Of a DNA stretch of 59,586 bases, positions 49,338 to 56,695 are shown piece by piece (the stretch's first letter is position 1; every line of letters starts with the position of its first letter). The notes under the pieces are model-generated. The model ran no database searches. It saw only the letters and a list, made by a program, of their open reading frames with translations, and was not told the origin of the DNA. The stretch is from Chroococcales cyanobacterium (GTDB taxonomy: Bacteria; Cyanobacteriota; Cyanobacteriia; Cyanobacteriales; Microcoleaceae). The position numbers and the translations under genes are program-made. Location of the stretch: assembly GCA_038260455.1 (NCBI GenBank), contig JBBSNU010000001.1, positions 1-59,586 of the forward strand, read 5' to 3'.

Positions 49338-49420
49338 AAAACTATCTCCTCTTTAATAGCTTCAAAAAAGATTTTATCTAATTCTGCTAGGTGCTCTTGA
49401 TTTAGAGAGGGCCGCATCAT
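49325..49420 (-). pseudogene. Remnant of xisH 3' end
   Basis: 31-aa ORF ending FEAIKEEIVLWKE*, overlapping the xisI ATG as xisH normally does; the rest of xisH is absent. Confidence 0.55.
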
Positions 49421-49558
49421 TCCGTCATCATATCATTACAGCGAATCCCGATCGCCCTCCCGAACTTTTCCCCCATCCGCATAACCATCCGCCTCACCCC
49501 CGATAAAGCAATAGCAGGCAAAAACCAGAGAGTCCAATTCAGTATTCCCCAGCAACCC

Positions 49559-49587
49559 TGCATAAAACCACAAACCCTTCACGACTA
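49559..49587 (+). promoter_or_regulatory. Putative alternative-sigma promoter, copy 8
   Basis: TGCATAA-N16-CGACTA upstream of 49616. Confidence 0.7.
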
Positions 49588-49615
49588 AACAATAGCCAAC
49601 AATCAAGAGGTAATT

Positions 49616-50158
49616 ATGACTCAGCAAGTAGATCTCAACGAAGTCAGAAACCGCGTGCTCAGCAACCAGCAAAGCGACACAGACTTGCCCAATTCAACGG
49701 ATCGCAGCGTTTTCGTAGACTCCGAAGGCAACATCATCCTGCGGCCCCAAGCAGGTACCGAACGTCAACTCTCCCGCGTTCCCCAGAAAACCTTCGCCAC
49801 CAGTCTCACAATCGATCGCCAAACCGTTGCTCAAAAACTCCCCAACAACACCCAGGAAATGTCCGTCAGCGGCGTTACAGGCTGGACATACAGCATTGTC
49901 AGCGAACTCGGCGACCAGTACACCATGTTTGCTTACAGCGACGGCAGCCTATACCAAGTGATGGTTTTGTTCCCAGCAGTCGCCGGCAAATTCAATGTCC
50001 ACGATGCCCACCTGTTTAGCGATGGTCGCATCTGCTTCGGCGATGGAGGCGGCTTGCCTACATTAGAACAAGCCTTTGCTAAATCAGTCCTTTGGGCAAC
50101 AGGCTTCAGCAGTTACCTGCGTACCGGGTTGTTCCCCTTTTCCATCAACAACCTCTAA
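49616..50158 (+). CDS. E2 (ubiquitin-conjugating)-like protein with ~60-aa N-terminal extension
   Basis: HLFSDGRICFG matches the E2 HxxxxGxIC active-site pattern (Cys140); GAGG RBS; adjacent to a JAB/E1 gene. Confidence 0.7.
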   Translation: MTQQVDLNEVRNRVLSNQQSDTDLPNSTDRSVFVDSEGNIILRPQAGTERQLSRVPQKTFATSLTIDRQTVAQKLPNNTQEMSVSGVTGWTYSIVSELGDQYTMFAYSDGSLYQVMVLFPAVAGKFNVHDAHLFSDGRICFGDGGGLPTLEQAFAKSVLWATGFSSYLRTGLFPFSINNL

Positions 50159-50168
50159 AAGGGCGATC

Positions 50169-50270
50169 GGGCAACCACAGGGGGTTTGCCCCTACCAGCG
50201 ATCAAAGAAACCGGGTTTTTACCGAATCTGTCGGCTACAACCAAATATTTTCGTAAAAAACCCGGTTTCT
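50169..50270. repeat. Composite intergenic repeats (GGGCAACCACAGGGGGTTTGCCCCTAC + AGAAACCGGG element)
   Basis: Hairpin 50169-50195; AGAAACCGGGTTTTTAC...GTAAAAAACCCGGTTTCT 50206-50270. Confidence 0.8.
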
Positions 50271-50345
50271 GGGCCCCCATCACCTGCCGACAAGGCATAC
50301 AAAACCTTGCCCTTTACCTGCCAACAATTATTTCAATTAACAACC

Positions 50346-52241
50346 ATGATGCTGTACATTTCAGAATCAGTTCTGCACGAAATTCAGACTGCGATTTCAG
50401 ACCATCCGCCCGAACGCGGAGGAGCCATTCTAGGGCCTGTGGGTCAGCCCATAATCACCCACTTTCTCTTAGACGAAGAAGCCCATACCAGCGGTGCTAG
50501 CTACCTTCCGTCTCCGCAATTAACTCAGCGGGTGCAGCAGCTAGAAATGATGGAAAGACTAGAGTTTAAAGGCGTAATTCACTCGCACCCCGGCGGCTTA
50601 GACCGGCCTTCCGGCCCCGATGAAACTGCCATGCTCGAAGGGCTGAATCTCAACCCTCACATCCCCTATTTTGTAGCTCCGATTGTCACTTTACAACGTC
50701 CTTGGGGACACTTGCGCGAACACGAATTGTTCCTCGGTCAAGGTAAAATTTCCTGCTATGTTGCTTACCGCGATCGCAACAAATTGCGAGTGGAAACGAT
50801 CGCGGTTAACAAAGTGTGCGATCGCGAATTGTCGCGCATTTTGCAAACCCTAGAACCAACAGCCTCGCGATCGCCCAAACGGATACCGCTACAAGCTGAC
50901 TTAGAGCGACTTTGCCAGACTTTTGGCAGCACTCAACCGCCCACAGTCTTTATGACAGAGGTGGAAGGGCGAACCATCCCCGCTGGCATCGTTATCCTGA
51001 ATGGTGGCTTAGAATTACTATTCCTGGTCAGTGAATCCTATCCCGTCACACCACCGATCGTCATGGTGACACAGCCGGGGGAAGATACCGAAGCACTGCA
51101 ACTTCCTTGGTCGCTGTCAACGCCCGCAGAGGAACGTCTGTTAATTGCAGTCAAAAGTGCGATCGCAGGTGAGGGCCCTTACCGGAAGGTGTACGGCCCT
51201 TTGGGAAAGTCTCCGGTGACAGCAGACGGCGATCGCGCGTGTTTGGCTGGTTGGAGTGGTTGCTATTCGGACGCTGACCCCCAGATAGCCGCCAATGAAG
51301 TGCAGCAGGGGCTATTTGCTCGCAGCCAAGGGCTTCTCAGCCAACATTTGACCAAAAAACGGGTTTTAGTCGTTGGCACGGGTTCTGTGGGCTCCTACAT
51401 GGCTGAATTGTTAGTCCGCAGCGGTTTAGGCGCGATCGCACTTATTGACCCTGAAACGGTGGAAGCAGCGAATTTGTGCCGCACGACTTACGATTTGACT
51501 GATTTGGGTCGTCCGAAAGTGGAGGCGATCGCACGGCGACTGCTCAATATTAACCCGCTGCTGGATGTAACATTGCAGGCAAAGAGTCTGATGGACTTCG
51601 ATGTCGCAGAATTCGAGGCGAGGGTGCAGGAGGCGGATTTGGTAGTGGCCGCCACTGATGACACAGCAGCACAGCGTATTATCAACCGTTTCGCCTATTT
51701 TCACGGCAAACCGACTCTGTTTGTGGGGCTCTACCGGGGTGCGGAAGGGGGAGAGGTGATTTTTACGATTCCCGATCGCACTCCCTGCTATCTTTGTGCT
51801 ACGGCCAACCGCCACAAGGCTGAATCGGATTTGGGACGGGTGAGTGCGGATGCGGATTACGGCAGCAATGGTCGTGTGATGGGTGAAGTTGCGATCGCAG
51901 CGGACATTCACCATGTTACCAGCGCGGCGGTGAAAATCGCTCTGTCGCTGCTGTTGCCGGAGGATGCTGAAGCGAAACTCAAGGGTTTCTTGAATCGGGC
52001 GATCGATGGGGGTTTAAATTATCTCACGCTTTCGATGGTTCCGAATTACTGGTTCTATCCCAATGTGTTTGGAGATACGCCGGGACAGTATGCTTATCAA
52101 ACCGTTTGGCTTACGGCAAAGTCTGGCGAAGAGTGTCCTGTGTGTGGTGGCGTACACCATCGGGTTGAGCCGCGCACTGTACCGTTGCGGGAGTTTCAGG
52201 CGGATGATGTTCGCGCTGCTTTGAATCTTACCGCTTCCTAG
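50346..52241 (+). CDS. JAB/MPN peptidase - E2-like - ThiF/E1 fusion protein
   Basis: ERGG...HSHPGGLDRPSGPD (JAMM); SYPVTPPIV (UBC-fold-like); VVGTGSVGS, DPETVEAANLCR, ATDD, PCYLC, CPVCG. Start MMLYIS at 50346. Confidence 0.88.
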   Translation: MMLYISESVLHEIQTAISDHPPERGGAILGPVGQPIITHFLLDEEAHTSGASYLPSPQLTQRVQQLEMMERLEFKGVIHSHPGGLDRPSGPDETAMLEGLNLNPHIPYFVAPIVTLQRPWGHLREHELFLGQGKISCYVAYRDRNKLRVETIAVNKVCDRELSRILQTLEPTASRSPKRIPLQADLERLCQTFGSTQPPTVFMTEVEGRTIPAGIVILNGGLELLFLVSESYPVTPPIVMVTQPGEDTEALQLPWSLSTPAEERLLIAVKSAIAGEGPYRKVYGPLGKSPVTADGDRACLAGWSGCYSDADPQIAANEVQQGLFARSQGLLSQHLTKKRVLVVGTGSVGSYMAELLVRSGLGAIALIDPETVEAANLCRTTYDLTDLGRPKVEAIARRLLNINPLLDVTLQAKSLMDFDVAEFEARVQEADLVVAATDDTAAQRIINRFAYFHGKPTLFVGLYRGAEGGEVIFTIPDRTPCYLCATANRHKAESDLGRVSADADYGSNGRVMGEVAIAADIHHVTSAAVKIALSLLLPEDAEAKLKGFLNRAIDGGLNYLTLSMVPNYWFYPNVFGDTPGQYAYQTVWLTAKSGEECPVCGGVHHRVEPRTVPLREFQADDVRAALNLTAS

Positions 52242-52269
52242 GGCGAAACTAGAGATTGATGCGATCGCG

Positions 52270-52306
52270 CCCAGGGGAAGAAATGCTTTCCTCTGGGTCT
52301 GTTTTT
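52270..52306 (+). terminator. Putative intrinsic terminator
   Basis: CCCAGGGGAAG-loop-TTTCCTCTGGG stem followed by TCTGTTTTT after the E1 stop. Confidence 0.55.
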
Positions 52307-52384
52307 ATCTGGTACTGTAGAGGTTTGAGGGGAATCCTCGGAATATGGGTAAAAAGGGCGATCGGCGCTTATAAAAGTTGATCT

Positions 52385-54256
52385 ATGGGAAAATTAATTG
52401 TTATCGGATTGGATGGGACTTTCAAGATAGGTTTTCGAGTTTCCCTGCGAATTGCGGAAGATGGCAAGCCACATCACAATGAGCTAATTGCCAGTTTACC
52501 TCCAGATCCAGAACTTGACAAGTTTTATGAAGACTTGAAACAAGAAGGGTTTAAGCCTTATATGAAGAAGAAATACTATCCTTCATCAAGTTCATTCAAA
52601 AACCTTCTGAATCCTTGGATGACCTCTTCACAATTTCTTGAAAAATGGGACAGATTAAAAACAGATTGCACGTCTCAGGATATTATTCGAGTTATTCTCC
52701 AACCTTCCGACTCCGATTTGGCAAAGCTTCCCTGGCATCTCTGGAATTTTTTTGAAAATTACCCTCTAGCCGAAATAGCCTTTAGTTTGCCAGAATACAA
52801 AATTCAACCTTGTTATTCAACTAGAACGGAAGTCAGAATTATAGCAATACTGGGAGATAGTACAGGAATTGACACTACCGTAGATGAACGAGAATTCAAA
52901 CAATTGTCGCCCCAAACCTTATTTTTGCCAGAAAAAGACCAGGAAACTATTTTTCGGCACTTGAGGGATGAAGAGTCCTGGGACATCTTGTTTTTTGCAG
53001 GTCATAGTAAAACTTCAAATGAAGAAGGTATTATTTATATCAATCAAACAGATAATATCAGAATTAATGACTTAGAAAATGCAGTAAAACAAGCCATTGG
53101 CAAAGGATTGAAGCTGGCTATTTTTAATTCCTGCGATGGCTTGGGTTTAGCAAAAACTTTAGCCAGTTGGAACCTTCCCCAAGTTATCGTCATGCGTCAA
53201 CCAATTCCCGATGAAGTCGCGCACAAATTTTTGAAGTTTTTTCTAGAAGCTTTTGTGAAAAGCAAAATTGTTATTAATGGCAAAACTTATGATAAAACTT
53301 TATATTTAGCCCTGCGGGAAGCCAGGGAAAATCTCCAAGGATTAGAAGGAAAGTATCCTCTAGCCAGTTGGTTGCCAGTGATGTATGACCAGAGTTTTGC
53401 TGCTGAACCTTCCCCAACTTGGAAACAGTTAAACAAAACTGATTCGGATTCCCAAGCATCAGCTAATTCAATCGTTACTAAACAAAATAACGACAAATTT
53501 CACGAAGCATTACTGCGGTTAAATTACAAACAGCAAGTTAAACTATTCCGAACTGTTGTCGAATCAAAACCCATCATTGCTTGGTTGATTCATGGCGAAG
53601 AAGAAAGCGGTCAAAAATGGCTATTGAATCGGTTGATCAAGTTTGTTCCTGATTCCACAACAGCCAAAATTGTTCCAGTGAATCTCAGCCGTAAGTCTCG
53701 TGCTACCTATACAAAAGCTTTGTGGCGAGAACTGGGAGGTCGAGTTGGTTTGATGAATCAACCTTTACCTGCACTAATTGTAGATAAAGTCTCTCAATGG
53801 TGTCAAAATCAAACAGTAGTTTTAATTTTTGATGACCTCCATGAGATGCCAGAGGAATGTATGAGTGAATTTATTAGCGAATTTTGGTTGCCCTTGGTAA
53901 CAAAGGTACGCAGCCTAACTGAGTTCAAGCCTCGATTACTAATGTTTTTAATTGACCATAGTGGTTGTGTTGAAGAGTGGAATGTAGATTTTGCTGATAA
54001 ACTAGATATCGACTGGGAACCCCACATCCCTGTTAAACTGCCCAAAATTACTAAACTGTGCGAACAAGATTTGACATCTTGGATTGAAAATTCTCTGGAT
54101 GACTTGCCCCTTAAATTGAGTAATCAAGTTGAGGAAATAGTCCGAGACATCCTCGAAAGCAGCGAGGGTGGTTTGCCTCAAGGAGCACTACACAGAATTT
54201 GCGAATTGTGCGATTATGATTGGTATGAGAGGGAAACAACATGGCTGAAATACTGA
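52385..54256 (+). CDS. CHAT protease fused to inactive STAND (iSTAND) domain
   Basis: FAGHS and NSCDG; LLRLNYKQQ, degenerate Walker A HGEEESGQKWL, VLIFDDL, EFWLPLV; directly upstream of MoxR. Confidence 0.85.
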   Translation: MGKLIVIGLDGTFKIGFRVSLRIAEDGKPHHNELIASLPPDPELDKFYEDLKQEGFKPYMKKKYYPSSSSFKNLLNPWMTSSQFLEKWDRLKTDCTSQDIIRVILQPSDSDLAKLPWHLWNFFENYPLAEIAFSLPEYKIQPCYSTRTEVRIIAILGDSTGIDTTVDEREFKQLSPQTLFLPEKDQETIFRHLRDEESWDILFFAGHSKTSNEEGIIYINQTDNIRINDLENAVKQAIGKGLKLAIFNSCDGLGLAKTLASWNLPQVIVMRQPIPDEVAHKFLKFFLEAFVKSKIVINGKTYDKTLYLALREARENLQGLEGKYPLASWLPVMYDQSFAAEPSPTWKQLNKTDSDSQASANSIVTKQNNDKFHEALLRLNYKQQVKLFRTVVESKPIIAWLIHGEEESGQKWLLNRLIKFVPDSTTAKIVPVNLSRKSRATYTKALWRELGGRVGLMNQPLPALIVDKVSQWCQNQTVVLIFDDLHEMPEECMSEFISEFWLPLVTKVRSLTEFKPRLLMFLIDHSGCVEEWNVDFADKLDIDWEPHIPVKLPKITKLCEQDLTSWIENSLDDLPLKLSNQVEEIVRDILESSEGGLPQGALHRICELCDYDWYERETTWLKY

Positions 54257-55182
54257 ATAGAGAAGGACTGAGATACACAGGTGAGGTACAGCCTCAACCA
54301 GGAGAAATAGATGAAAATGGTCAACTGCTTTATCCTTATCTTCCTGAACCGGATTTAGTTGAAGCTGTTAACTTAGCAATTCAATTAGAACGCCCGTTGC
54401 TAATTAAGGGAGAACCAGGTTGCGGTAAAACTCGATTAGCCCGCGCTGTTGCGTATGAATTGGGACTGCCCTATGAAGCTTGGAATATTAAGTCTACAAG
54501 CAGGGGAAAAGATGGACTTTATACCTATGATGCCGTGGGGCGTTTGCGGGATGCCCAATTAGCCGCAGCAGGCCGCCTCAGTGATGACAAAATTCAGGAA
54601 ATTGACCAGCCTGAGACTTATATTAAATGGGGGTCATTGGGGCGTGCTTTTCTTAATGAACAAACCACCGTGGTGCTCATTGATGAAATAGATAAGGCTG
54701 ATATTGACTTTCCTAATGATTTGCTCTTAGAACTCGATGAACAGCGGTTTGTGATTGAGGAGACGGGAGAAAAAAAGCAGGCTAAGGCTGTACCGATTGT
54801 GTTTATTACTAGCAATGATGAGAAAGATTTACCCGATGCTTTCTTGCGACGCTGTTTATTTCACTTTCTTGAATTTCCCAAACGTCAGCAGTTAATTGAG
54901 ATTATCAATGCTCATTTTACAGCTTCTCCAGAAAAATTAGTGAATGCGATTATCGATCGCTTTTTGGAGTTGCGTGAAGAGATGCGGAAAGATAAGGGAG
55001 AATCTGGTAAAAAAGTTAGTACCAGTGAATTGATGGATTGGTTTCGGGTGTTGCGTCACTATCCTGAAGATAAAGTTTTAACTGAGTTACCTCAAAAACT
55101 TTTATATCCGGGCGTGTTGCTGAAGAGTTGGGATGATTACAATCGCTATGCCAAAGAAAGGCGTATTGGGGGTAGCTTATGA
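54241..55182 (+). CDS. MoxR-family AAA+ ATPase
   Basis: RPLLIKGEPGCGKT, YDAVGRLRDAQ, LIDEIDKADIDFPNDLL, ITSNDEKDLPDAFLRRC. Confidence 0.93.
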   Translation: MAEILNREGLRYTGEVQPQPGEIDENGQLLYPYLPEPDLVEAVNLAIQLERPLLIKGEPGCGKTRLARAVAYELGLPYEAWNIKSTSRGKDGLYTYDAVGRLRDAQLAAAGRLSDDKIQEIDQPETYIKWGSLGRAFLNEQTTVVLIDEIDKADIDFPNDLLLELDEQRFVIEETGEKKQAKAVPIVFITSNDEKDLPDAFLRRCLFHFLEFPKRQQLIEIINAHFTASPEKLVNAIIDRFLELREEMRKDKGESGKKVSTSELMDWFRVLRHYPEDKVLTELPQKLLYPGVLLKSWDDYNRYAKERRIGGSL

Positions 55183-56684
55183 TTAGACATCAGAGTTTTG
55201 AAGGACTTTTAGAAATTACCATTGATCAAGCACTGGCAATTGTAGAGTATGTAATGAATGACGAGCATTTGAACGAACTTCAAGAAATTGTCTTTCGTCT
55301 GTCTTGGGAAAGAAAATCTTATCAGGAAATAGCCCAATTCACCGGCATTGCACCGAATTATATCAGGGATGTTGGATCTCAACTCTGGAATCAACTTTCA
55401 ACATCATTTGGCGAACAGGTTGGAAAAGCTAATTTTCAATCAGTCATCAAGCGATACTTAAAGCGAAATCAAGTAATTGTCAATCGCAATCAGGCTATTG
55501 GAGATATCCCAAAATTATTAGAGGGTAGGCAAGATGCCTGCCCACCCGATGCTTTTATGCAGACCTCTATTGTTGATGAACTTCCACTGATTGAGCTTTT
55601 TACTCAACTGCGGGAGGCAGGTTTTTTGCTAGGTATCAGCGAATATAAGCTGTTGCTGCAAGCTTTACACAAGGGGTTTGGAACGATAAATCGCGATTCT
55701 TTATACCGCTTATGTAAAACTCTGTGGGTAAAATCGGATGAAGATAAGCGCCTGTTTGACTATCACTTTGAAATAATTATCAAAGACAGTCAGGAAACAG
55801 CATCAGCCATCCCCGAAGAACAAGATATTTCGCAAAAAACCGAGAATTATGATACAATCGAAACAGCAACCGCGACAACTGAACTAACTACTGAAACTGT
55901 AATTCATGCCCCGCAGCCTGAGTTAACAGCAGCAATAGAAGATGAAGTGCAAGCTGCTAAGGCGGTGATGCAAGCTACGAATGCTGATGAGCAGATTTCT
56001 TACAAAAATTTCATCCTGACATCGGAATATTTTCCGGTGACGCGGCGACAGATGAAGCAGAGTTGGCGTTATTTACGCCGTCCCGTGCGAGAAGGGCCGC
56101 TGGTAGAATTAAATGTGGAAGCTACAGTTAACCAGATTGGGAGACAGGGGATTTTATTGAGTCCGGTAATGATGCCGCGCCGGGTAAATCAGTCGGAATT
56201 ACTATTATTAATCGATCGCGATGGTTCGATGGTTCCCTTTCACGATTTGTCAGAACGGTTAGCAGAAACAGCGGTGCGGGGTGGACGTTTAGGCAATGCT
56301 GGCATTTATTATTTTCACAATTGTCCGGTGGATTATCTCTACCGCGATCCCTATCATTTGGAAGCCGCAAAAATTGAGAACTTGTTGGCTAAATTGCGGC
56401 CTCAGAGGTGTGCTATCTTACTTTTTGGTGATGCTGGGGCGGCTCGCGGGGGTTATAGTGAAGATCGGGTGAAGTTGACGGCGTTGTTTCTCAAGCAGAT
56501 TAAGGCCAAAGTGCGGTATGTAGCTTGGCTGAATCCTATGCCGATGTCGCGCTGGGAAGGAACGACGGCGGGTGAGGTGGCGCGTTTGGTGCCGATGTTT
56601 GAGATGACGCGGGGGGGATTGCAAAATGCGATCGCCCTGTTACGCGGAAAGAGTCAGAATTCGGTTTTTGTCGGGACTGAGTAG
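55179..56684 (+). CDS. MoxR-associated vWA protein with N-terminal wHTH
   Basis: SYQEIAQ...VGSQLWNQLS...VGKANF HTH; LIDRDGSMVPF, DAGAARG, WLNPMP; ATGA overlap with moxR. Confidence 0.88.
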   Translation: MIRHQSFEGLLEITIDQALAIVEYVMNDEHLNELQEIVFRLSWERKSYQEIAQFTGIAPNYIRDVGSQLWNQLSTSFGEQVGKANFQSVIKRYLKRNQVIVNRNQAIGDIPKLLEGRQDACPPDAFMQTSIVDELPLIELFTQLREAGFLLGISEYKLLLQALHKGFGTINRDSLYRLCKTLWVKSDEDKRLFDYHFEIIIKDSQETASAIPEEQDISQKTENYDTIETATATTELTTETVIHAPQPELTAAIEDEVQAAKAVMQATNADEQISYKNFILTSEYFPVTRRQMKQSWRYLRRPVREGPLVELNVEATVNQIGRQGILLSPVMMPRRVNQSELLLLIDRDGSMVPFHDLSERLAETAVRGGRLGNAGIYYFHNCPVDYLYRDPYHLEAAKIENLLAKLRPQRCAILLFGDAGAARGGYSEDRVKLTALFLKQIKAKVRYVAWLNPMPMSRWEGTTAGEVARLVPMFEMTRGGLQNAIALLRGKSQNSVFVGTE

Positions 56685-56695
56685 AGGGAGATGAA

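Noticed and set aside
49616-52241. Calling the operon CBASS type II or thiF/moeB
   Set aside because: No CD-NTase or cyclic-nucleotide effector, and no ThiS/MoaD or cofactor genes in the window.
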